Program-made: the position numbers and the translations under genes
Part shown: one piece after another, positions 35,940-45,569 of the stretch
How the letters are laid out: each line of letters starts with the position of its first letter
Position numbering within the stretch: the first letter of the stretch is position 1
The notes under the pieces: model-generated
The model's input: only the letters and a program-made list of their open reading frames with translations
Told to the model about the DNA's origin: nothing
Databases searched by the model: none
From: Deltaproteobacteria bacterium
GTDB taxonomy: Bacteria > Desulfobacterota > GWC2-55-46 > DRME01
Assembly: GCA_011375175.1 (NCBI GenBank)
Contig: DRME01000072.1
Span: 1,782 to 65,781 of the forward strand
Reading direction: 5' to 3'
DNA length: 64,000 nucleotides

Positions 35940-37226
35940 ATGAAAAGGCTTGTGGTGGCAACCCTCGCAGCTGTCGCTGTCGGGCTCTTCGCGGCCGGGC
36001 CGTCCATGGCTCTCCACAAGAACTTCGACAACAAGCTCACATGCGGCAACTGCCACACCATGCACAACAGTCAGGGTAACAGCGAGATCGGCGGTACCAC
36101 GGGTACCGGGGCGCTCGTGCTTCTCAGGGGCAACGTCTCCGGCAGGCAGGAGATCCACAACTTCTGTCTCCAGTGTCACGCCTCCAACGGCGCCCAGGCC
36201 GGCGACACCTTCAACAACAACCACCCGGCTCCCAAGGTCTACATCGACGGCTCCGACGGCGGCGGCATAGGCGGTACCGGTGTGGACTTCAAGAGCACCG
36301 GCGACTTCGGCCAGATAGGCGCCGGCGGCGACTTCTCCGGCGAGCTCACCGGTAACAGCTCCGGCTGGAGTGTGAGGACCGACAGGGGCCAGAACAACAT
36401 AGCCCGCGGCTTCGGCCATTCGCTGGGCGCCACCAACGTGCTGCCTCCCGGCTCGGCCGACGGCAACCTCGCCGCTTTCTCCTGCACGAGCTGTCACGAC
36501 CCGCACGGCGCGTACGACGCCGACACCAGCACGGTCGACAAGTATCGTAACCTGAGGAAGACCCCCACCGGCTCTGGCTCCACTTCGGTCAACGTCAACG
36601 ACAACACGACGAGCTGGATAGGCATGGGCGGGCAGAGCTCGGCGGCCTTCGCCAACGCCGTCATGATCGGTACCGACAAGACGACGGCCATCTGGCCCGT
36701 CTACGACTCGGACAACACCCTCGTCGGTGACGGCGGCACGGCCGACCAGGCGATATCCAACTACTACCCCGTCAACTCGGGCGACAGCATCTCCAACTGG
36801 TGCGCCACCTGCCACGACAACTGGCACGAGGACATCGCCACGACCAACGACACGGGCAGCGGCGACTGGAGACGCCACCCGGTGGACGAGATAATCTACG
36901 CCCCCGGTAACGCCAACCAGAAGTCCGGCGCCGGCGTGGACATCATCAACCTGAGCAACTACACCCAGGCGCTCATCGCGGCCGGTAAGGCGCTGCCTGT
37001 GGCCAACAACGCGTCCGACGGCAGCGGTGTATACTACCTCGACCCGGCGAGCTACAACAGCACTGACAGGGTCTTCTGTCTCTCCTGTCACTTCGCCCAC
37101 GGCGGTCCCTACTACGACAACCTCAGGTGGGACTACCTCAGTGAGGTGTGGCCGGGCGGCTCGGCCGGTCAGTCCGGTAACTCCATCGCCTCGACCGTCG
37201 GTTGTCAGCTCTGCCACAACAGGTAA
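35940..37226 (+). CDS. OmcS-family six-heme c-type cytochrome (cytochrome nanowire subunit-like), secreted
   Basis: Signal peptide MKRLVVATLAAVAVGLFAAGPSMA. Six heme sites in the same order and context as Geobacter OmcS: CGNCHTMHN (OmcS CEGCHTMHN), CLQCHASNG (CLNCHQHAG), CTSCHDPHG (CSSCHDPHG), CATCHDNWHE (CANCHTDIHN), CLSCHFAHGG (CLSCHRAHAS), CQLCHNR (CNKCHAKD). G/S/T/N-rich low-complexity spacers, about 428 aa like OmcS. Confidence 0.75.
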   Translation: MKRLVVATLAAVAVGLFAAGPSMALHKNFDNKLTCGNCHTMHNSQGNSEIGGTTGTGALVLLRGNVSGRQEIHNFCLQCHASNGAQAGDTFNNNHPAPKVYIDGSDGGGIGGTGVDFKSTGDFGQIGAGGDFSGELTGNSSGWSVRTDRGQNNIARGFGHSLGATNVLPPGSADGNLAAFSCTSCHDPHGAYDADTSTVDKYRNLRKTPTGSGSTSVNVNDNTTSWIGMGGQSSAAFANAVMIGTDKTTAIWPVYDSDNTLVGDGGTADQAISNYYPVNSGDSISNWCATCHDNWHEDIATTNDTGSGDWRRHPVDEIIYAPGNANQKSGAGVDIINLSNYTQALIAAGKALPVANNASDGSGVYYLDPASYNSTDRVFCLSCHFAHGGPYYDNLRWDYLSEVWPGGSAGQSGNSIASTVGCQLCHNR

Positions 37227-37273
37227 AGACGACCGGTAGTCGGACGACGGTTCGACAAGGCTGAACTTCTGAA

Positions 37274-37307
37274 GGGGGGAGGGATTCACACTCCCCCCTT
37301 TTTTTGT
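37274..37307 (+). terminator. Rho-independent terminator after the OmcS-like gene
   Basis: gggggagggattcacactcccccc stem-loop followed by ttttttt. Confidence 0.6.
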
Positions 37308-37402
37308 GGCGGCCGCTGTCGCCGGCGGGAGGAGACCGGAGAGAAAGGTAACTCAGGGCTTCAACGGTCCGCCGCGACAGGGCCGGGAAACCGGGTGCGC
37401 AG

Positions 37403-38353
37403 ATGTCGGCAGTCATCTACAGGCTCATAGGCGCGGTTGTTGCGGCCGCGGTCCTGCTGCTCCCAACACCGTCAGGCGTCCACGCACAGGACGAGCAGCG
37501 CGGGCCGGCCACCGTCTACGTGAAGTTCCTCTTCGGCTTCGACGCAAAGCTCAGCGGCACACCCCTCACCTGGGTGAGCTGCATCTTCATCGACCCGGCC
37601 AGCGAGGAGGTCTACCTCCTCGACTCCGGCAACAGTCGGGTCGTCGTCACCGACAGGGAGGGCATCTTCCTCTACCAGTTCCGCTACAGCGAGGCCGGAC
37701 TCTCAAACCCCCGCTACCTCTCCGTCGATCCCCGAAACGGCGACATCTACATGGCCGAGAACAACCGCATCGCCGTGCTCAACTACAGGGGAGACTACAA
37801 GCGCGACGTGGACCTCACCAAGGTGCCGGACTACGAAAGACTCCAGATACAGTCCTTCTACATCGTATACGACGACGACGGCGGCGGCCGCATATACATG
37901 GGCGACAATACGCTCGGCAGGGTGGTGACCGTAACCCTCGACGGCGAGTTCGTCGGCCAGTTCGTGAGGGACGACGTGGTCTTCGGCAATGTCAAGGGCC
38001 TCTACGTCGACGAGGAGAACGAAGAGCTCGTCTTCCTCGATCCCGGCATGTTCAGCGTCTTCATCTTCGGTCTCGACGGCGAGTTCATCCACCGCTTCGG
38101 CCGTGTCTCCAGTCTCATGGGAGGGTTCAGCATGGCCACGGGCATGGCCGTGGACAAGGCCAACGGGAGGATAATCGTAGTCGACACGAACAGGATGATG
38201 ATCATAGGGTTCGACTGGGACGGCAAGGCCCTCTTCGAGTTCGGCGGCCCCACGGTCTTCAAGTGGCCCCGCGCCGTGGGCGTGGACTTCGAGGGGCGCA
38301 TATACGTGGCCGACAACACCGGGGTCATCAAGGTATTCGAGGTGGTGGAGTGA
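37403..38353 (+). CDS. Secreted NHL-repeat beta-propeller protein
   Basis: Signal peptide MSAVIYRLIGAVVAAAVLLLPTPSGVHA. Blades EVYLLDSGNSRVVVTD, DIYMAENNRIAVLN, RIYMGDNTLGRVVTV, ELVFLDPGMFSVFIFGLDGEF, RIIVVDTNRMMIIGFD, RIYVADNTGVIKVFEV. Confidence 0.75.
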   Translation: MSAVIYRLIGAVVAAAVLLLPTPSGVHAQDEQRGPATVYVKFLFGFDAKLSGTPLTWVSCIFIDPASEEVYLLDSGNSRVVVTDREGIFLYQFRYSEAGLSNPRYLSVDPRNGDIYMAENNRIAVLNYRGDYKRDVDLTKVPDYERLQIQSFYIVYDDDGGGRIYMGDNTLGRVVTVTLDGEFVGQFVRDDVVFGNVKGLYVDEENEELVFLDPGMFSVFIFGLDGEFIHRFGRVSSLMGGFSMATGMAVDKANGRIIVVDTNRMMIIGFDWDGKALFEFGGPTVFKWPRAVGVDFEGRIYVADNTGVIKVFEVVE

Positions 38354-38412
38354 GCGAAGCGTCCCCGCAGAGAGCTTCCTTGCGCCGGCGCCCACGGCGT
38401 GATGCGGCGTCC

Positions 38413-39318
38413 ATGGCCGGCGCCTGCCGCATAGGCGCCCTCGTCCTCGCCGCCGCGGCGCTCCTGCTCGCGCCGTGGGCCGGAGGCGGGGAGGCCCTGG
38501 GCAGCGTCCATGGACTGCGCCTGCTCAGCACCATAGAGCGCTACTACGGCGAGACCTTCGATACGCCGCTCGACATCTTCGTGAGCCTCGACGACGAGGA
38601 GATATACCTCGTCGACGGCGGAAGGAGCGAGGTCTTCATCTTCGACCTCGAGGGCACCCCCATCTTCCGCTTCGGCAGGCGCCAGGGCGTCTCCAATCCC
38701 ACGGCCGTGGCCGTGAGGGACGGGCTTATCTACCTCAGCCAGGAGGGAAAGGACTATATCGAGATATTCAACTACCGCGGCGAGAGCGTGGGACGCATAG
38801 CCCCGGACGGCGGCGTCCCCTTCAGCCCGGGCAAGATGCGTTTTGACGTGGCGGGAAACCTCTACGTGGTGAACAAGGCCCGGTCCACCTGTATCGTCTT
38901 CGACAGTGAGCTCAACTACGTGGGCGCCGTGGGCAGGCGCTTCAACTCGCTGACGGCCGTGGCCGTCTCCGAGGAGAGGGTGTATCTCATAACCCCCTAC
39001 GAAGAGCAGGCCGTCAACGTCTACGGCCTCGACGGCGCCTTCATCATGAGCTACGAGGCGCTGGAGACGAGGGGGGGGACGCTGGGGCTCCCCATCGACG
39101 GCCGTGTCGACGCCTCCGGGAACCTGTGGCTCGTCGATGCGCTCCGCGGCGTGGTGGTCTACGACCGGGACGGACGGGAGCGCTGGCGTTTCGACCGCTA
39201 CGGAACGGCCCGTGGAGAGGTCTTTTTCCCCGTCGATATTGATTTCGGCAGGGAAAATATGGTATATTTATTAGAAAAAGGCACTAAAAGAATCAGCGTT
39301 TTCAGGATGCTCGACTGA
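38413..39318 (+). CDS. Second secreted NHL-like beta-propeller protein
   Basis: Starts at in-frame ATG 38413 inside track ORF 37306..39318, which is an artificial fusion across the upstream antisense-free region. MAGACRIGALVLAAAALLLAPWAGG signal. Blades EIYLVDGGRSEVFIFD, LIYLSQEGKDYIEIFN, NLYVVNKARSTCIVFD, RVYLITPYEEQAVNVYGLDG, NLWLVDALRGVVVYD, MVYLLEKGTKRISVF. Confidence 0.65.
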   Translation: MAGACRIGALVLAAAALLLAPWAGGGEALGSVHGLRLLSTIERYYGETFDTPLDIFVSLDDEEIYLVDGGRSEVFIFDLEGTPIFRFGRRQGVSNPTAVAVRDGLIYLSQEGKDYIEIFNYRGESVGRIAPDGGVPFSPGKMRFDVAGNLYVVNKARSTCIVFDSELNYVGAVGRRFNSLTAVAVSEERVYLITPYEEQAVNVYGLDGAFIMSYEALETRGGTLGLPIDGRVDASGNLWLVDALRGVVVYDRDGRERWRFDRYGTARGEVFFPVDIDFGRENMVYLLEKGTKRISVFRMLD

Positions 39319-39422
39319 GTCCGGCGGTAGACGGCGAGAGCAACGCGGAAGTGTGCCAGTACCCCCGGCTCCCGGGCCGGCCGTGGCAGGGATAGGCCCA
39401 CACAGCCCCGAGAGGAAAGCGA

Positions 39423-40601
39423 ATGCCTTTGTCGACTGGAGTCTCAAACCGTGGAGCCCTCTGGAGGCTGATAAGCAGGGTCGTTTCTCTTGCAGCGGCG
39501 CTGCATATCGGCATCGGCGTCGGCCTGGCCGGCGAGTATCACGCCACCAAGGAGGAGACCTTCTCCAAGACCACGGAGACACTGGCCTGCTCGCAGTGCC
39601 ACACCATGCACGGCACCCAGGGCGGGGCGTCCATGATATACACGGGGGGGACGGCCACCTATCCGGCGCTCATCCGCGCCGCCTCCATAGTGGAGCTGTG
39701 CCGCACCTGCCACGAGGCCAACTCCCTGGGGATGAGCAATCCCACGCCGCCCGACGTGTGGAACAACACGCTCGGCTACGTGGCCTCGGCCGGCGACTTC
39801 AACGACAGGGGGGTCTCTCCGGCCAACGAGGCCAACCGCCATTCGGTGGGGCAGAGCAACAAGGTTCCGCCGGGCTCCAACCCGACGCTCACCATACCCT
39901 ACTTCAGCTGCATAAGCTGCCACGATCAGCACGGCAACACGAATTTCAGGAACCTGCGCTTTCGTCCCGGCAACGCCACATCGGACATAACGGTCAGCTA
40001 CAGGCTCGACAACAGCTCGCAGTGCTCGGACGGGACCTCCACGCCCTGTGACGTGAACAACGATACCACCTCAAACCCCCTTTCGCAGGCCAATCTCACC
40101 AAGTACCAGCGCGACAACGTGACGTTCACCAGGACGGCCAGCAACACCAACGGCATCGCCGCATGGTGCGGCGGCTGCCACAACGACTTCCACGGCGCCG
40201 GCGGGGCCTCCAACATGGGAGGAAGCCCCTCGGGCGACACCAACACGGGGAACCCGTGGAAACGCCATCCGGTGCGGGACGTCGATATAAACGAGGGACA
40301 GACCAACATGCACGCCGACAGGGCCAACTGGGCCTCCGAGTATCCGACCGCCCAGCTCAGGGTGGTCAACCCCGACGACGTAGACCCGACCTCCAGCGTG
40401 GCCGACGAGCAGCCCTTCTGCCTCACCTGCCACTATGCGCACGGCGGCGGCAACCCCAACAGCGCCACCGACCCGGCTTACGACCACAGCAACCTCGTGC
40501 AGCTCGATACGTCGGTGCCGCCGAAGCTCAACATCGAGAGCGGCTACAACACCTCCACCGGCATGCTCCGAAACGTCTGCCAGAAGTGCCACAACCAGTA
40601 G
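39423..40601 (+). CDS. Second OmcS-family six-heme c-type cytochrome paralog
   Basis: Signal segment LWRLISRVVSLAAALHIGIGVGLAGEYHA. Heme sites CSQCHTMHG, CRTCHEANS, CISCHDQHGN, CGGCHNDFHG, CLTCHYAHGGG, CQKCHNQ, collinear with 35940..37226 and with OmcS; T/N/S-rich spacers. Confidence 0.75.
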   Translation: MPLSTGVSNRGALWRLISRVVSLAAALHIGIGVGLAGEYHATKEETFSKTTETLACSQCHTMHGTQGGASMIYTGGTATYPALIRAASIVELCRTCHEANSLGMSNPTPPDVWNNTLGYVASAGDFNDRGVSPANEANRHSVGQSNKVPPGSNPTLTIPYFSCISCHDQHGNTNFRNLRFRPGNATSDITVSYRLDNSSQCSDGTSTPCDVNNDTTSNPLSQANLTKYQRDNVTFTRTASNTNGIAAWCGGCHNDFHGAGGASNMGGSPSGDTNTGNPWKRHPVRDVDINEGQTNMHADRANWASEYPTAQLRVVNPDDVDPTSSVADEQPFCLTCHYAHGGGNPNSATDPAYDHSNLVQLDTSVPPKLNIESGYNTSTGMLRNVCQKCHNQ

Positions 40602-40889
40602 CCGGCCTCAGGCGGCCCACCGCCGTGCCGCATCCCTCTTGGCTTGTTCCGGGCGAGATTCGGGAGCCTCCCGGCAGAGGCCTCTTCTCATGGGCAGCCG
40701 CGAGGCCTGAGCGCGCCAGGCGGGGTTTGTTACGCCTTTGCGCTCCGGCCTCGCGGCCTCCGCTACGCGGGCAGGCCGCAATAGACGGGGAATCCGAGGC
40801 GGGCGCTGGGCCCGGGCTCCCTTCTTCGGAAAGGGTTCCACGCCGGCAGTGAACGAATCATATCTTCCAGAGGGGAAAGAGGAACGTCC

Positions 40890-41651
40890 ATGAAACAGAT
40901 CGGTCTTGTCGTCGTCATGGCCCTTCTCATAGGCGGGGTCATCTACGGCGGCTACTACGGCTACAAACTCAAGAACACGCCGCCCGAGCAGGTCGTCTAC
41001 ACCGACGCGGCGCAGATGCAAGAGGACATCGAAAGGCTCGAGGGCCTGAAAAAGAGCAGGGGTCTGAGCTGGCAGGACGCCTACCGTCTCGGCGTGGCCT
41101 ACGTCCAGAGCGGCCGCATCGCCGAGGCCGTGGCCCAGCTCGAGGACGTGGCCGAGCGCAGGCCCCGTTTCTACAAGACCTACGTCTCCCTCGGCATGGC
41201 CTATTTCCGCAGCGGAGAGTACGAGAAGGCCGTCTCCGCATGGAATACCGCCATGGAGCTCGACCCGGAGCAGTCGGCCTTCCTCGACGAGATGATAAAG
41301 AGGGCCGAGCGGAAGATCGAGTTCATAAAGAGGATAGCCGAGCTCGAAGAGGAGATACAGAGACCCGGAGCCTCGTGGGAGAAACGTTTCGAGCTGGCCA
41401 CCCTCTACTTCGGCATGAAAGAGGTCGCCAAGGCGAGAGAGCAGCTCGAAGAGGTCGTCAAGAGCCGCAAGGACATGCCCGAGGTGTACGACGCCCTCTC
41501 GCGCACCTACATGATGGAGGGGCGCGTAAAGGATGCCGCCGATGCGCTGGGCAGGGCCGCAGAGCTCAGCCCCGACAACGAAGACTACAAAAAACGCCTC
41601 TCCGAGATGGAGAACTACCTGGCCGCTCAAGAGGAGCGCCCCGACCGGTAG
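40890..41651 (+). CDS. TPR-repeat protein with N-terminal membrane anchor
   Basis: MKQIGLVVVMALLIGGVIYGGYY anchor. TPR units (AYRLGVAYVQSGRIAEAVAQLEDVAERRP; KTYVSLGMAYFRSGEYEKAVSAWNTAMELDP; ...ELATLYFGMKEVAKAREQLEEVV...YDALSRTYMMEGRVKDAADALGRAAELSP). Confidence 0.7.
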   Translation: MKQIGLVVVMALLIGGVIYGGYYGYKLKNTPPEQVVYTDAAQMQEDIERLEGLKKSRGLSWQDAYRLGVAYVQSGRIAEAVAQLEDVAERRPRFYKTYVSLGMAYFRSGEYEKAVSAWNTAMELDPEQSAFLDEMIKRAERKIEFIKRIAELEEEIQRPGASWEKRFELATLYFGMKEVAKAREQLEEVVKSRKDMPEVYDALSRTYMMEGRVKDAADALGRAAELSPDNEDYKKRLSEMENYLAAQEERPDR

Positions 41652-41749
41652 GGCACGGCCCGCCGACACCCCCAACACACCGTTTTTTTGTCAACACCTG
41701 CTAAAGAAAGCCGTCCCCCTTCCGAAAAGTATTATATCGGCTCCATGAG

Positions 41750-41965
41750 ACGGCCTCATATGATCGATTACCCTGAGGGAACCTTTTTGAAAAAAGGTTC
41801 CCTCAGACTCCCTCCAAAAACTTTCAATACGAGTTGGTTTCCCCCTGTTTTGCCAAGCAAAACAGGGGGAAACCAACTCGTATTGAAAGTCTTTGAAGGG
41901 GGTCTGGGGGAAACGTGGGCCTATGGCCCTTCTACAGAAAGTTTCCCCCAGGGTAATTAATCAGA
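41750..41965. repeat. MITE-like modular hairpin repeat element copy
   Basis: gatcgattaccctgagggaacctttttgaaaaaaggttccctcagactccctccaaaaactttcaatacgagttggtttccccctgttttgccaagcaaaacagggggaaaccaactcgtattgaaagtctttgaagggggtctgggggaaacgtgggcctatggcccttctacagaaagtttcccccagggtaattaatcagagtttgcc; nearly identical to copy 1 at 3086. Confidence 0.9.
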
Positions 41966-41999
41966 GTTTGCCGAACATTTCATCAAAAGGAGGGGGACT

Positions 42000-44192
42000 G
42001 TGCATACTCCTCGCGGAGAGTCTCAGTCCGGCGGTGGCAAGAGGTACTCGTTGAAACTGTACAGGCCCAAGATAGGCGTAGGTCCCAAGACATGGATGGC
42101 GTTGTCGGTGATATTCTGGGTGCCCATCGTGGGACTGGCCGCCGTCCTGTTTTTCTTTTTCAAGAGCATAGTCTATGAAGAGACGCTCGGTTCCATAAAC
42201 ATCCACCTCAAGGGGGCGGAGGGGGTGTTCAGCGAGCGCCGCCAGGTGGTGGAGAGTCTGGCCGCCGAGGCGGCCGGCCGTCAGGAGGTGCGCTCGGCGC
42301 TTGCGGGCCGTGACGAGGCCGCCCTGAGGTCGGTGCTGCTCGAGCTCGGAAAGCGCAATCCCTTCATCGACATCTGGGCCTTCGTAGACGACAAGCAGCG
42401 TGTCGTGGCCAGGCGAAGCGGCGCGAGCGGCGATATCATGCGCCTGGGCGACACAATCCCCAACGCCATAACCCAGGGCGATGTGACAAGCTCGGTGGAG
42501 CTTGTGAGCACCGAGTTCCTGGCCCGCGAGTCACGGGAGCTCACCGAGCGCATAAAGGACAAGACGGCCATAGCCCAGTTCGTCGTCGCTCCTGTGAGAG
42601 GCGGCGACAAGGTGATCGGCGCCCTCGTGGCCGGCATGGTCCTCTCCGGCGACCCCTGGCTCGGCAACGCGGTCTACGAGCGTTACGGCATAGAGCTCGC
42701 GCTCTTCGCAGGCGAGCCCCCGGAGTACTCCTTCCTCCACGCCACGGCCTCCCTGCCCAGGAGCACCTGGGTCATCGGCCAGCCCATACCCGAAAAGCTC
42801 AACTTCGAGATATCGCTCGGCAGGCCCTTCAGCGGCATCGTGACCGTAGACGGCAGGGAAAACCTCGTGGCCTTCGAGCCCCTGAAGGACAGCCGCAACC
42901 GCATCATCGGCGCCCTCGGCGTGAGCATGCCGGCAAAGGAGATCGAGGGGCTTGTGCTCCGCACCATCGCCAAGGGCGTTGCCATTGCGGCCCTGCTCGG
43001 TCTCGTAATAGCCGCCGTAGTCACCTTTTTCATCCATGCCGACATCACCAGGCCCATGAAGCTTCTGGTGGAGGCCATGGAGGCCTTCGGCAGAGGCGAG
43101 ATCGACATAAGCGTCGACCTCAAGACGGGCGACGAGTTCGAAACCCTCGGCTCGGGTTTCAACGTCATGGCCCAGGGCATCCAGAGGCGGGAAGAGCGTC
43201 TGAAAAAGCACAACGAGGTCGCCAAGCTGCTCATGAGCACCCTCAACCTGCAGGAACTCCTCGAGAGGATACTCGACATAGTCGTGGAGGTGACGGACTC
43301 GCAGCTTGGGATCATATACCTGTGCGAGAACGAGGGCGGCGAGGCGGTCCTCTCGCCGCGCGTGCGCTACGGCACGGCGTCGGAGCTCAAGACCCTGAAG
43401 ATTGACTCCGGCTATCCCGGCCGGGCCGCCAGGGACATGCGCACCTTCATCGTGGCGACGCCGGAGGGCGCCGAGGCGGAGCTCATGGAGCTCGGCTTTG
43501 CCAAGGTCACGCCCCGGGAGGTCGCCTACATACCGCTTTCCTACCAGGAAAAGCTGCTGGGCGTGCTCGTCGTGGGAAGCTCGGGCCGGTACAGCGAAGA
43601 CGAGGTCCAGCTCTTCGACTACCTGGCCAGCCAGATTTCCATCGCCCTCGACAACGCCATAATGCACCAGCAGATCCAGGAGCTCTCCATCACCGACGCC
43701 CTCACCGGCCTCTATAACCGCCGCTACCTCAACAAGCGGCTCGGCGAGGAGTGGGCACGCAGTCTGCGCCACAAGGAGCCGCTCTCCATCTTCCTCTCCG
43801 ACGTCGACAACTTCAAGTCCGTCAACGACACCTACGGCCACGACCGCGGCGACGAGGTCCTCAAGCACATCGCCGCCACCATCAAAAAATGCGTGCGCAA
43901 GGAAGACATCGCAGCCCGCTACGGTGGAGAGGAGTTCGTCATCGTGCTGCCGGACACGAAGGGCGAGGACGCCCGCGTCTTCGCCGAGCGCGTGGCCGCC
44001 GCCGTGAAGGAGCACAAGTTCGAGTGGATGGGCCGGGGTGTGACCATGAGCATAGGCATCGCCTGTCTCCCGGAGGTGAAGGTAGACAGCTACGACGACC
44101 TCGTCCAGGCCGCCGACCAGGCCATGTACCGCGCCAAGGTGACGGGCAAGGACCGGGTGGTGGTCAAGGGCGCCGACGGCGACGACGCATAG
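42000..44192 (+). CDS. Membrane sensor diguanylate cyclase (periplasmic sensor domain - HAMP - GAF - GGDEF)
   Basis: TM MALSVIFWVPIVGLAAVLFFFF; second TM and HAMP (AIAALLGLVIAAVVTFFIHADITRPMKLLVEAMEAFGRGE). GAF-like region. GGDEF domain with intact active site RYGGEEFVIVLPD and SITDALTGLYNRRYL. The start may instead be the ATG near 42103. Confidence 0.8.
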   Translation: MHTPRGESQSGGGKRYSLKLYRPKIGVGPKTWMALSVIFWVPIVGLAAVLFFFFKSIVYEETLGSINIHLKGAEGVFSERRQVVESLAAEAAGRQEVRSALAGRDEAALRSVLLELGKRNPFIDIWAFVDDKQRVVARRSGASGDIMRLGDTIPNAITQGDVTSSVELVSTEFLARESRELTERIKDKTAIAQFVVAPVRGGDKVIGALVAGMVLSGDPWLGNAVYERYGIELALFAGEPPEYSFLHATASLPRSTWVIGQPIPEKLNFEISLGRPFSGIVTVDGRENLVAFEPLKDSRNRIIGALGVSMPAKEIEGLVLRTIAKGVAIAALLGLVIAAVVTFFIHADITRPMKLLVEAMEAFGRGEIDISVDLKTGDEFETLGSGFNVMAQGIQRREERLKKHNEVAKLLMSTLNLQELLERILDIVVEVTDSQLGIIYLCENEGGEAVLSPRVRYGTASELKTLKIDSGYPGRAARDMRTFIVATPEGAEAELMELGFAKVTPREVAYIPLSYQEKLLGVLVVGSSGRYSEDEVQLFDYLASQISIALDNAIMHQQIQELSITDALTGLYNRRYLNKRLGEEWARSLRHKEPLSIFLSDVDNFKSVNDTYGHDRGDEVLKHIAATIKKCVRKEDIAARYGGEEFVIVLPDTKGEDARVFAERVAAAVKEHKFEWMGRGVTMSIGIACLPEVKVDSYDDLVQAADQAMYRAKVTGKDRVVVKGADGDDA

Positions 44193-44428
44193 ACCGTCTC
44201 GACGAGACCCCGAGCCCCGCGGGGAAGCTCTCTGAGCAGGCCCGCCTCCCCCGCCCGCACACCACTTCGATAACTCTGACTCGGGCCGAAGGGCCTCGTT
44301 CCCTTCCTTCGGGCATGAACGCGGACGCGGCTCGAAGAGCGAATGAGAGGTCTTTGGAGGTTCCCCCGGTCTCGTTACGGCGGGAGAGGGTTGTCTCTTA
44401 CGGGCGGGGCGGAACACGCCCCGCCCGT

Positions 44429-44989
44429 TTACCGGTCGTCGAGGAAGGCCAGTCTCCTTTCGAGTTCGGCGCCGTCGCCGAGTGACTCGGCGAGCCCGGC
44501 TGGCCGGCCTTGCGGCGGGAGGCCGACCACCGGCCTTCGCCGCAGCCCCATCCCCCTCAGCTCCCTTTTCAGTTCGCCGTGGTGGGGGTCGATCTCAAGG
44601 CCCTTTCTGAAGGCCTTGGCGGCGAACTCCAGGCATCCTCCGAGCTGGCAGACGCGACCGAGGTTTAGATATATGTCGGGATTGTGGATCTCTCGTCGAA
44701 CGGCCATTATGCCGAGCGAGAGGGCCTGTTCGTAGTCGCCTTCCACTCTGGCTATACTGAGGGCGTAGTACGAAAGGGCGGCGGCGTCCATGGTGAAGAG
44801 CAGGTCCTTTTCGAGGACCTCTATGGCCTCGGCGTAGCGGCCGGCCCGCGCAAGGGCCATGCCCTCTTCGATCCTTCTCCGGTTGTGGGGGTCAAGCATA
44901 GGCGGCCCTTCGATGGTTGCGCTATTTGCAGAGAGCTGCAGACGGCGGGTGAGCCCTGTTTGATTATAGCCGTCCGGGCGCGCCGCCAT
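44429..44989 (-). CDS. TPR-repeat protein (minus strand)
   Basis: ...MALARAGRYAEAIEVLEKDL...AAALSYYALSIARVEGDYEQALSLGIMAVRREIHNPDIYLNLGRVCQLGGCLEFAAKAFRKGLEIDPHH. A likely true start is the internal ATG near 44899 (MLDPHNRRRIEEG). Confidence 0.55.
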   Translation of the reverse strand: MAARPDGYNQTGLTRRLQLSANSATIEGPPMLDPHNRRRIEEGMALARAGRYAEAIEVLEKDLLFTMDAAALSYYALSIARVEGDYEQALSLGIMAVRREIHNPDIYLNLGRVCQLGGCLEFAAKAFRKGLEIDPHHGELKRELRGMGLRRRPVVGLPPQGRPAGLAESLGDGAELERRLAFLDDR

Positions 44990-45569
44990 ATGTGACGTGG
45001 GTCACGGGACGGGTGAATTTCGGCGATCCCTTTAATGCGGTTGTTTTTTTCTTGATGATCGGATATAATGGAAAGCAATCGTTGATGCGGTCTTCTCGCA
45101 ACCGGCCTTCCGGGCCGGTGTCGCCCGGTCGGTTGTCGCTTGACCCTTCCGGTGCTCAAGCGGACACCTCGAAGCCCTGTGCGGCGGGACCTTCGATTTC
45201 GATTCTGCACAGACATTTGCGGTGACGCCTTTATTCGCTCGACCAATGCCTTTCGTGACCGGGTGTCCAGGAGCCTTTCCATTTTCATGTAGATATCGGC
45301 AGTGGGGTGACGGCAGGTTGGGCCGCCGGTGTTGACGTCTACAGTCTTCCCGTCCCGCCGGTTCCGGTGCCGGCAGGCTCGCGGCCGGTGAGGGGTTGTA
45401 GCTCGGTCCCGAAGGCCGCCGGAGGTGGGGCTGTTTGCAGGTGCGCGGCCTTTGGCGTCGGGTCTTTCGACTCCGGCGTCCGCTGAACTGGTGAAGCGTA
45501 GAACTCTGTAACGGTGCCGGCGGCCGGCGACTCCCTCCGACGCCGTGCGACAAAGAAGGTGACGGCCGA

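Noticed and set aside
37306-39318. 670-aa + ORF spanning two NHL genes
   Set aside because: The N-terminal 370 aa are out-of-frame read-through across the 37403-38353 NHL gene (R/G-rich nonsense). Only the part from ATG 38413 encodes a signal peptide plus NHL blades.
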